Part shown: positions 56,520 to 64,000 of the stretch, one piece after another
Layout: every line of letters begins with the position of its first letter
Position numbering within the stretch: the stretch's first letter is position 1
Source: a virus
IMG/VR virus record: IMGVR_UViG_3300043449_002675
Coordinates: 27,969-91,968 of that record
Reading direction: 5' to 3' (one strand)
Length of the DNA: 64,000 nt
Notes under the pieces: generated by a model
Told to the model about the DNA's origin: nothing
Seen by the model: the letters and a program-made list of their open reading frames with translations, nothing else
Databases searched by the model: none
Translations under genes and position numbers: made by a program

Positions 56520-57032
56520 ATGAAAAACAGTTTTTTAAAATGGTGGCTTTTGAATGCAACCGTATTTGTATGTTTTGCAATAGCATCATATTTTGGTTTG
56601 CTAAAAGAAATTTATTTAAAAGATAGTAGTTTTCTAACATTTGTTATTATGCTGTTGTATTTTGCAAATAGCGCATATAACGGTTATTTGGCTTGGAATA
56701 TTGATAAAGGTGCGATTTTAGAAGAAGAAGAATCTGATACTGGATGGTTTGTATCCGAAATTTGTTTGTCTCTTGGAATGATTGGAACCGTTATAGGTTT
56801 TATTCAGATGTTAAGTGGATTTGCCAAGCCAGTGGAGGGTGTTCAGGCTTTACAAGCGCTTTTATCAAATATGAGTTATGGTATGGCTACAGCCCTTTAT
56901 ACAACTTTGGGCGGTTTGATATGCGGTAACCTACTTAAATTTCAATGCTTTATGCTTGAAAAGAATTTAGGAAAAAAGAAGGAAAAAGAATGTCAAAAAA
57001 CAGAAACTACGGATCACACACAAGCTTCCTAG
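56520..57032 (+). CDS. MotA/TolQ/ExbB proton-channel family protein
   Basis: LGMIGTVIGFI; GMATALYTTLGG; about 4 TM helices. Confidence 0.85.
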   Translation: MKNSFLKWWLLNATVFVCFAIASYFGLLKEIYLKDSSFLTFVIMLLYFANSAYNGYLAWNIDKGAILEEEESDTGWFVSEICLSLGMIGTVIGFIQMLSGFAKPVEGVQALQALLSNMSYGMATALYTTLGGLICGNLLKFQCFMLEKNLGKKKEKECQKTETTDHTQAS

Positions 57033-57601
57033 ATTTGTTATTTAATTCTTTACTGGCTTTCGTGGGGTTTTTCATTTTAACTTTGATGTACATTAAAGAA
57101 AATGAAGATAAAAGTCCTGTTGATCAACCGAAAGTTGAGTTTTTGATTACTTTAACTTGGCCAGCTGGCAACGATGACGATATAGACATATGGTTGGTAG
57201 ATCCTCTTGATAGTATTGTGTATTTTGGCAGAAAAGAAGATGGGCTCATGCATTTAGACCGAGATGATGTTGGAAATAAAAACGATGAAATAACTTTGCC
57301 AGATGGAAAGAAATTTGTGTACAGAGAAAACAGGGAAGTAGTAACTATTAGGGGACACATTACTGGAGAATATGTTATAAATTTGCATGTATTTAAAAAA
57401 CGAACTGTTGCTGGTGTCAAGGCAAATGTGAAAATAGAAAAACTAAATCCATATAGCACGGTAATAGTAAAAGATGTTGAATTAACAAGTGAAGGTGAAG
57501 AAGTAACTATATGCAGAATGAATTTGAATGGTGAAGGTGTTGTAACAAGTGTGAAAGATGGTCCTAAAAGAAGCTTGATACAGAAAAAGGCTGCACCATG
57601 A
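56990..57601 (+). CDS. ExbD/TolR/MotB-like partner with YfaP/DUF2135-like soluble domain
   Basis: TM helix with conserved Asp (SFLDLLF); ITLTW...DIDIWLVDP...LDRDD.G...GEYVINLH. Confidence 0.7.
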   Translation: MSKNRNYGSHTSFLDLLFNSLLAFVGFFILTLMYIKENEDKSPVDQPKVEFLITLTWPAGNDDDIDIWLVDPLDSIVYFGRKEDGLMHLDRDDVGNKNDEITLPDGKKFVYRENREVVTIRGHITGEYVINLHVFKKRTVAGVKANVKIEKLNPYSTVIVKDVELTSEGEEVTICRMNLNGEGVVTSVKDGPKRSLIQKKAAP

Positions 57602-58167
57602 TTTCGGCATTAACTTTTCCATTACTATTTCTTATTTTGGGTGTACTTTGTGCATGGATTGTAATAGGTTGCAAAGGATACTGGGCTGCCAAGTGGTGGC
57701 TGATAAATTTTGTTTGTATATTTTGTCTAATTTTGTGGTTCAGTGTTAGTTCCTACTTAGGATGGCCATCCGATTCTGATTTACCATCAGAATTTAGATT
57801 GATGAGTTACGTTTCTGACGAGCCTAAAAATCTATTTATTTTGGCTAGTAGAGAAGAGCAAAAAACAATGTCTTTACATAAATTATTTGAATATCACACG
57901 CCAGATAAGCTGCGATTGTACAAGACACCTTATGATAAAGAATTTCATAAAAATTTAGAAGCAGCTATGGAAAAGGTTAGTAAAGGAGCTTACGTAATAG
58001 TAAGCAAAAAAAAGATCCTTGATGCGGATGCATTAAAACAATTCAATAAGGTGCATGATTTGTTGGACGGACTTGACAAATTGAACAATGACGGGCAATC
58101 AAAATCAGATAATCCATATAATTTTTACATTTTGCCTCCTAGCCGACTGATGAAAAAACCAGACTAG
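57598..58167 (+). CDS. Two-TM membrane protein, third gene of the MotA-like module
   Basis: ATGA overlap; two TM helices then GWP...P and RLYKTPY. Confidence 0.65.
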   Translation: MISALTFPLLFLILGVLCAWIVIGCKGYWAAKWWLINFVCIFCLILWFSVSSYLGWPSDSDLPSEFRLMSYVSDEPKNLFILASREEQKTMSLHKLFEYHTPDKLRLYKTPYDKEFHKNLEAAMEKVSKGAYVIVSKKKILDADALKQFNKVHDLLDGLDKLNNDGQSKSDNPYNFYILPPSRLMKKPD

Positions 58168-58215
58168 ATTGATAAATAGATTACAGCTCAAAGAGCAAAC
58201 ATAAAGGGGTTTAAT

Positions 58216-58614
58216 ATGTTGACATTTCACGAATGGTTAAATGAAGCAGCTGGCATTGCTACAAGCAAAAAGCAATTCAAGCAGGGTGACGAACCCAGTT
58301 TTGCTGGTGCTGGCAGCGATTTAGGTGAAATTAAGCACGGACACAAAAAGAAAAAGAAACATGAAGCAGCCGGTATTGCAACAAGTAAAAAGCAATTCAA
58401 GCAGGGCGACGAACCCAGTTTCGCTGGCGCTGGTAGTGATTTAGGTGAAATTAAGCGTGGTAACAAAAAAAAGCAGAAAGATGAGGCTGCTGGTATTGCC
58501 ACAAGTTGCTCACAGTTTAAACAGGGTGACCAACCTAACTTCGCTGGCTCAGGGAGCAATATGGGATGCAAAGCAGAAAGAAAAAAGTCTGGCAAGAAAA
58601 CAAAAATGGACTAA
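58216..58614 (+). CDS. Basic three-repeat protein with CTS-like N-terminus
   Basis: MLTFHEWLNE then 3 x 40-aa E-AAGIATS... repeats; GATAAATA at 58171. Confidence 0.7.
   Translation: MLTFHEWLNEAAGIATSKKQFKQGDEPSFAGAGSDLGEIKHGHKKKKKHEAAGIATSKKQFKQGDEPSFAGAGSDLGEIKRGNKKKQKDEAAGIATSCSQFKQGDQPNFAGSGSNMGCKAERKKSGKKTKMD
58243..58602 (+). repeat. Coding tandem repeat, 3 x 120 nt
   Basis: Units begin at 58243, 58363 and 58483 with mostly synonymous differences between copies 1 and 2. Confidence 0.9.
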
Positions 58615-59066
58615 GCGGATTTAGAAAATTTTTCGAGGGGGGCATGGGAAATCCCGGCACCCCTTATCCACCTATAGACCAACCAACACAAGGCGGGAAA
58701 ACTCTCAACGCAGGGTGCGGCGGGGGTCCGGGTCCATGTCCTGCAAAACCGGCTGATATAAACATCAAACTTGATAATGCAGGTTGCCTTGGTGGAAGCG
58801 GAAGATGTGGTCCTATAGATAATAAATTAGATAATAAAGGATGTGGTGGTGGTCCCGGACCTTGCCCGCCTGTACCAAAAGGTTGTTCTGGAGGGCCGTG
58901 CCCTAATACACCAGCAGCCGGAACAGCTGTGAATACTGCGCCGACAAATCAAAATCCACAAGGTCCAATGCAGGGCGATGTGGGGAAAAATGGTTCCAAT
59001 TTCAATAAGGCAGCGGAAGATAGTGGCACCAATAAATATGGCGGCAAAACTTCTTCTCCAAACTAA
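58566..59066 (+). CDS. Gly/Pro/Cys repeat protein with four Cys-loop units
   Basis: LNAGCGGGPGPC, LDNAGCLGGSGRC, LDNKGCGGGPGPC, KGCSGGPC; start uncertain. Confidence 0.55.
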   Translation: MQSRKKKVWQENKNGLSGFRKFFEGGMGNPGTPYPPIDQPTQGGKTLNAGCGGGPGPCPAKPADINIKLDNAGCLGGSGRCGPIDNKLDNKGCGGGPGPCPPVPKGCSGGPCPNTPAAGTAVNTAPTNQNPQGPMQGDVGKNGSNFNKAAEDSGTNKYGGKTSSPN

Positions 59067-59503
59067 GAAAGAAGCGCAGCAAAATGCAATTTAAGTACGT
59101 GCAGCTCGCCATCTAAAGAACTATGTCCTGAATTCAGTAAATTTAACTGTAAGTAATTGTTTGTTTTTTTGTTTCTTAACACACCATCTATGCAAATCAT
59201 ATTTTTTCTAGCATTACACATATTTGTCTTTATTGTCTCGAAAAGATGGTAATTCGAGGAGTTTGCCTTGAGTTTTAGCGAGACACATCCGCCTTCAATG
59301 CTGTATACATTTTTGAATCCTTTTGCTTTATAGTAACTGTTATAGTTGTATATAGCATCTTTTTTGTACATAGAAACTTCGGCGCTGTCAATGTCGAAGC
59401 CGAAAATAAATAGGTTTCTATGCCAAAATTCCATTCTTTTATGAGGAAGATCACGATAAATATTATTGGGTTCATCATATACATTAAAAACGGTTGGTTT
59501 CAT
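59063..59503 (-). CDS. Hypothetical protein
   Basis: GAGG SD before ATG 59503. Confidence 0.5.
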   Translation of the reverse strand: MKPTVFNVYDEPNNIYRDLPHKRMEFWHRNLFIFGFDIDSAEVSMYKKDAIYNYNSYYKAKGFKNVYSIEGGCVSLKLKANSSNYHLFETIKTNMCNARKNMICIDGVLRNKKTNNYLQLNLLNSGHSSLDGELHVLKLHFAALLS

Positions 59504-59523
59504 ATTCAAACCTCGGGGGCACG

Positions 59524-60090
59524 GTGAAGAAAATTTATCGCAAACGTATAAAAAACGAATCGATAAAAATAAACTTACCAGAAGTGCAACAAAAAACACA
59601 TTTTAGCTGTGCAGCAGCGGTGGTGCATAGTATTTGCAGCTATTGGGGTCTGCAATTACCGAGTCACTATGATTATTTTCCGCATTTGGAAACAGATGAG
59701 TCATACGGAACTTTGCCTCAAAAAATTGCAAAATATTTTAAGTCCACAGGACTGACAGCATCTATCCAGTATAATATGACAATCAAAAATCTTTGTCAAG
59801 AAATAAATCAAGGAAGACCAGTTATTTTAGCTTTACAAGCTTGGGGGAATCCCAAGCATTATGCACGAACTGGTAGTGGTCATTATGTTGTTGCCATAGG
59901 TTTTGATGAAAAAAATATTTATTTTGAGGACCCATGGTTAAATTGCTCAAGAGGTTTTATTCCTAAAAGCGAATTACTTAAACGCTGGCATGATATGGAT
60001 TACATGGGAGTGACACATAATCGCATGGGCATAATTGTATCACACAAGAAAAAGCCAACATATCCATTTACTGCCAAAAAGATTAACTAA
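59524..60090 (+). CDS. Peptidase C39-like cysteine protease
   Basis: QQKTHFSCAAA; GHYVVAIGFD; IYFEDP. Confidence 0.85.
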   Translation: MKKIYRKRIKNESIKINLPEVQQKTHFSCAAAVVHSICSYWGLQLPSHYDYFPHLETDESYGTLPQKIAKYFKSTGLTASIQYNMTIKNLCQEINQGRPVILALQAWGNPKHYARTGSGHYVVAIGFDEKNIYFEDPWLNCSRGFIPKSELLKRWHDMDYMGVTHNRMGIIVSHKKKPTYPFTAKKIN

Positions 60091-60694
60091 ATTCAATTCT
60101 TTTATAAACAGGCAATTTTTGCCCAATCAAATGCATAAATCTAATTTTGTTTTGATCTTTAAAAGAAATTATTTTGCTTCCGCCAAAGTTTTTTATTTCT
60201 CCAGCAATTCCAATTATTTTAAAGTAATCGTGAATATTATTAACTGAATTTTCGTCTAATCTGCTTATTCTCAAAGACACGTTATTTTTTGTAACATTAC
60301 CTTTGTCCATAAACCAGCAGGCCAAGCCAAAGTCTTGCAACATATCTAGCCATTCCATGCTTATGTGTTTTTTGTTTTTCTTGTAACAAAGATCATAAAA
60401 CTCATTCCAGCATGGGCAGCTAATGCTGTTCCACCTGAAACTGTCTTTATCAGCAACAAAAGATTTAGATCTAGAAAAGCGTTGCAATTCATATGCTTTG
60501 CATCGAATCCATGTGCCGCCTTTGGAAATACTTTCACGCATTTGAAAATGCGGGTTCTTACTTTTTTTTGGGTTTATTATGCTTGAATTTCCTAACAAAG
60601 TCCCAAGTATCAATTGTTTTTCTCTGTTTGTAAATATTAGCTTTCTTAGGCCATCTCCATCATTTTGCCATTGATCCATCATTTTATACCTCAT
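60083..60694 (-). CDS. LAGLIDADG-family protein with degenerate catalytic sites
   Basis: QLILGTLLGNSSI and GLACWFMDKG, versus canonical G.LLGDG and W.MDDG. Confidence 0.75.
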   Translation of the reverse strand: MRYKMMDQWQNDGDGLRKLIFTNREKQLILGTLLGNSSIINPKKSKNPHFQMRESISKGGTWIRCKAYELQRFSRSKSFVADKDSFRWNSISCPCWNEFYDLCYKKNKKHISMEWLDMLQDFGLACWFMDKGNVTKNNVSLRISRLDENSVNNIHDYFKIIGIAGEIKNFGGSKIISFKDQNKIRFMHLIGQKLPVYKRIEFS

Positions 60695-60705
60695 ATAAAA
60701 AATAT

Positions 60706-60751
60706 ATAGTAGTTTAACAAAATAAAAGATAGTAGTTTAACAAAATAAAAG
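60706..60751. repeat. Perfect 23-bp tandem duplication
   Basis: ATAGTAGTTTAACAAAATAAAAG x2. Confidence 0.95.
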
Positions 60752-60787
60752 TGCGTCAAAACCCTATTTTTAAAGGCTTTAACGCAC
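60742..60787 (-). terminator. Rho-independent terminator after the C1 peptidase gene
   Basis: Minus strand GTGCGTTAAAGCCT...GGGTTTTGACGCAC stem (G-U pairs favour minus) followed by TTTTATTTT. Confidence 0.7.
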
Positions 60788-60807
60788 AATTTAAACTATG
60801 ACAAAAA

Positions 60808-62871
60808 TTAAATTTTCCAGCGTAATTTTCTTAGCGGAAATCCTTGAACTGCGCTGTAGCAGAATGAGTCATCTTGTTTGAGCATTTTGTCAATAACAGA
60901 CCAGTGTGCATAGAATCCGGCAGGACTTGGCTCTCCCGGTCCTATATTAGAAGTTCCCATATATGTGCCCCAAGAATTTAAAATAAATCCATGTTCTTCG
61001 CCATCTATAGTAGCGTAGCCAATTATGGCCATTTGATGCGCCCAAGATCCTGATGGCTTGCATACACCTTTTGAATTTCTTGATGTTGTAAAACCTTGGT
61101 TGCTAGCAACAGAAATGCCATAGCCTTGTACAAGAGATTTTTTTGCACTTTTCCAATCTGAAATTTGTGTAGTATATTTTACAGGGTGTTCTTTAACTAG
61201 TGGTTCCAAGTCATTTGGAACACCAGAAGCTCCCCATTGTCGGCATAATGATTCGGAGTATTTTTCAAGGTTATATTTTCCGTTTAAGAATGTGCCTCTG
61301 TTGATTATGCCATATTTTCTCACGAAATCTGCACCCCAAGCGCCTATACTTCCGTCTCCTCTACCTAGTCTTCCATTTCCTATTTCGACTCTGCTTCCTC
61401 CATAAACAATTTCTTGGACTAGTGGTTTAAATTCTTCTGCATCTCCTTGGGCTATTTCTGCGCACATCGTATATTCAATAGCGGAACAGCAGCCAAAAGC
61501 TACGCAGTTGTGTACGCCTATTCCTTCAACCACATAGCTATTATCACCCTCTACTTCAAAATTAAACACTTCTCCAGTGTATTTTGTTTCTCCAAGGTAT
61601 GTAATTTTGCGCCATTGTCTATTCTCATCTTGTTGTGGCTTGTTTAATCCGCCACCAGTAGAAATGATTAGATCATATCTTCTGCGTCTTGATTTTACGC
61701 CATGACTAACTTTCGGATCGCTTTTTCTTATAACTGGCGATAGACCAAGTTTATTTGTGATGTCGAACATATTGAGAGCTAGTTCGTGGGATACAGTAAC
61801 GCCTTGAATGCATTTCTTGGCAGAACTAACATGCCCATCACCGTCCATCCAGCCTCTAAATGTTTCTTTGAGAAACTTTAAAGGTCCGCATAAAAGATCT
61901 TTATGGATGGCTTTATTTCCGCTGCCATTGCCGCATAATTTTTCAAATAAATTGCTCCACTCTCTGCCGTGCAAAATAACTTTGCAGGTATTTTTTTCCG
62001 GTATTTCCCTTATTCTGGCAGAGGCATTCAATTGATTTTTGAGAATATCGACAACATCTTTTGCAAGGGTGTCTTTTTCATCAATATTGAATGTCCAGCA
62101 AACTTTGTTTTTGTCTGTATTTCCCTCAGCAAGGAAAAGTCCTATAAGTCTGCCGAAATCTTCTGTTAATTCTATTTCTTCTGGCATAGGAGATATTTGT
62201 ATTACTGATTTTTTCCTGCCCATGACACTTCCAGAAACACGGCAAATTTCTTTTCTTGTAATTTTTACATTCCAAGATGCATAATCTTGTGTTTTTATGG
62301 AAGTTTTGTTTTCTGGAATATACTTAGGACAGGAGACATAATCTCCTATTTTCAGCTCATCCATTCTTACATACCCTCTTTGTGTAAGAATTGGGTGTTC
62401 TGCGGTTGCTTGCAACCCATAATGCCCGTGGCATTTGAAAGATAACAAAGATTTGTTTTCTTCCCTTAGGAAACAAGTTGTTACCTTTCCAATATTTCCT
62501 TCGGCAGTAAGAACTTTATCCCTCAGCTTGATATCTTCTATATTTTTGTAAGAACCGTCTGCCATTCTTATTTTAGTACCTGCTGGGAAACAACTGCCCA
62601 CTTGTCCCTGATTTCTTGGAGGCAAATTGTCTCCAGTAACCATTTTTGCGAAGTCCCATAGATAGCAATGATCGGGCAGTTCATCATCCGCATATCCAGC
62701 TGCTGGTGTATCGCTAAAGTTTTTAATATCAAATGTAGCTAGCGTTTCTTGTACAGCTATAGGGTCATCAACCCAGCCGAAAGCAACGTCATTAGGAACA
62801 TATGTAATAGAATGGTCAAATCCTTCACTGGAAAGCAAGTCCATGTATGTTTGATATGCTGGATTATCCAT
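60808..62871 (-). CDS. Papain-like (C1) cysteine protease with an intein
   Basis: Spliced form reads QGQVGS-CVAFG; WAHQMAIIG; ILNSWG catalytic His/Asn motifs. Confidence 0.88.
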   Translation of the reverse strand: MDNPAYQTYMDLLSSEGFDHSITYVPNDVAFGWVDDPIAVQETLATFDIKNFSDTPAAGYADDELPDHCYLWDFAKMVTGDNLPPRNQGQVGSCFPAGTKIRMADGSYKNIEDIKLRDKVLTAEGNIGKVTTCFLREENKSLLSFKCHGHYGLQATAEHPILTQRGYVRMDELKIGDYVSCPKYIPENKTSIKTQDYASWNVKITRKEICRVSGSVMGRKKSVIQISPMPEEIELTEDFGRLIGLFLAEGNTDKNKVCWTFNIDEKDTLAKDVVDILKNQLNASARIREIPEKNTCKVILHGREWSNLFEKLCGNGSGNKAIHKDLLCGPLKFLKETFRGWMDGDGHVSSAKKCIQGVTVSHELALNMFDITNKLGLSPVIRKSDPKVSHGVKSRRRRYDLIISTGGGLNKPQQDENRQWRKITYLGETKYTGEVFNFEVEGDNSYVVEGIGVHNCVAFGCCSAIEYTMCAEIAQGDAEEFKPLVQEIVYGGSRVEIGNGRLGRGDGSIGAWGADFVRKYGIINRGTFLNGKYNLEKYSESLCRQWGASGVPNDLEPLVKEHPVKYTTQISDWKSAKKSLVQGYGISVASNQGFTTSRNSKGVCKPSGSWAHQMAIIGYATIDGEEHGFILNSWGTYMGTSNIGPGEPSPAGFYAHWSVIDKMLKQDDSFCYSAVQGFPLRKLRWKI
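61507..62592 (-). mobile_element. Intein with LAGLIDADG homing endonuclease (362 aa)
   Basis: S|CFPAGTKIRMADG; ATAEHPI; LIGLFLAEG and GWMDGDG; VFNFEVEGDNSY..VHN|C. Confidence 0.93.
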
Positions 62872-63571
62872 TAAGTCCCCCTAGAATTTTCGCAACTCTG
62901 TTGAATTGTTCTTTGCATTTTTTTCTTAAATTATCATCTAAAACTGCATTAGGATCTGTGCCTAATACCTTGTCTAATTCGTTTGCAAGCACCTCTCTAA
63001 TTGGTTCAATTTTGCCTGCTTTTAGGTTTTGATAAGAAATAGATCGTATGGTTGAATAAAGTTGTCCAAGATTTTTGTATTTGGGATTATCAACTTCAAC
63101 TAGTGCCAACTGATATACTTGCGCCAGCTGTTTTATCGAATTTTCCTTATCGGACTCTTGCAGACCTCCGTAAATACCAGCAACATTATCTCTTAGTTCA
63201 TCTGGTTTGCTTGGATCGGGAGGTGTAGGAGGTGTTGGGGGCGTAGGCGGAGGGTTGGGGTTATCGCCAACAACGACCGTGGTAAATGCGGGATCGGTTG
63301 GAACATTATTTATGCTGGTGTATGCAAGAAGTCTGTAGGAGCCGTTTTTTGTAGCTACGACAACAGTAGTTTTTTTGTCGGCTAGTAAATTGGCGGGAAA
63401 TACGTTCAATCCGGGATCAAGAGCCACGAATTTTACGACTTCTCCCTTGGTTTGTGCGGTAATTGGCACAAAAGCTCCAACTTGTGCTTTTATTTGATCT
63501 GGAAGTAAAATTTCTGGTCCGACGCCTACCTGAGAAAATGCCAAAAGCGCAGCTATAATTAATGAATTCAT
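62864..63571 (-). CDS. Signal-peptide protein with Pro-rich linker, upstream of and overlapping the C1 protease gene
   Basis: MNSLIIAALLAFSQ; beta domain, then PNPPPTPPTPPTPPDP, then helical domain; CATAAATA at 63601-63608 on minus. Confidence 0.7.
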   Translation of the reverse strand: MNSLIIAALLAFSQVGVGPEILLPDQIKAQVGAFVPITAQTKGEVVKFVALDPGLNVFPANLLADKKTTVVVATKNGSYRLLAYTSINNVPTDPAFTTVVVGDNPNPPPTPPTPPTPPDPSKPDELRDNVAGIYGGLQESDKENSIKQLAQVYQLALVEVDNPKYKNLGQLYSTIRSISYQNLKAGKIEPIREVLANELDKVLGTDPNAVLDDNLRKKCKEQFNRVAKILGGLNG

Positions 63572-63736
63572 GTCATTCTCCGTTTCAAAAGTGCCTTAAT
63601 TATTTATGTTTTACATAATAATTTTGTTATAGATTTATGATAAATTACATTTGGAAGGAATTTTTTCAAAAATTAATTTACCCATTTATAGATAATGCGC
63701 CTATTGAATTTTTTTTACTTTTACGGAGGCTTAATT

Positions 63737-64000
63737 ATGGGCGCTACTTCAGTTACAGGAACAGGACCCGGATCAGCGTTTGGATGGAACAAGGGCTCAC
63801 AGGAAATGACCCTAGGCGTTAGCCATCTAATTGGACCACACGTTGTGGCCGCAGGCGTTACACCACTAGTTGGCGGCGCAGCTACTGTCTATTTGCCATT
63901 CTTGACATCGGGCGCTATGGCAGTGCCACCCTATGTCACATCTGGCACACCAGCTCCTCAGCCAGCTTTCTGCGTTTTCGCAAGCGATAACACAAGCGGT
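63737..64000 (+). CDS. Partial ORF running off the window, probable abundant virion protein
   Basis: GGAGG SD; MGATSVTGTGPGSA...; codon usage like MCP. Confidence 0.65.
   Translation, partial: MGATSVTGTGPGSAFGWNKGSQEMTLGVSHLIGPHVVAAGVTPLVGGAATVYLPFLTSGAMAVPPYVTSGTPAPQPAFCVFASDNTSG

Noticed and set aside
58243-58602. 120-nt repeats as a CRISPR or ncRNA array
   Set aside because: In-frame with synonymous variation and no spacers, so this is a protein repeat
63637-63822. 61-aa ORF from the track
   Set aside because: Overlaps a better-supported ORF starting at 63737 with a GGAGG SD
1-64000. Stop-codon reassignment
   Set aside because: Core genes are full length in the standard code and TAA, TAG and TGA all serve as stops

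Overview
This window is 64 kb of a large, AT-rich, T4-like (gp23-type capsid) myovirus genome in the standard genetic code. Bases 1-23 kb hold the tail and baseplate module: tape-measure C-terminus, gp48/53/27/5/25/6/7-like genes, three paralogous PKD proteins and a 1553-aa Cys-rich fibre. Bases 23-38 kb are a mixed region with glycosyltransferase-like genes, a volactin-like actin homologue, primase, a Cas4-like exonuclease, a hyper-acidic protein, a Zn metalloprotease and a ferritin-like protein. Bases 38.5-50 kb are the packaging and head module: terminase, intein-containing portal, core protein, gp21 protease, gp22 scaffold and gp23. Bases 50-64 kb are an accessory region with homing endonucleases, tRNA-Gly(TCC), a candidate ~97-nt ncRNA, a MotA/TolQ-ExbD-like membrane module, repeat proteins, a C39 peptidase and a papain-like protease whose catalytic Cys is the +1 residue of an intein. 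The best leads are the phage actin locus, the nested Cys-module fibre next to glycosyltransferase-like genes, the intein-gated protease, the MotA/ExbD-like module, and a family of proteins with T4 capsid-targeting-like N-termini that includes an apparent Glu-cleaved polyprotein. All family calls come from motif recognition by eye; no database searches were run.
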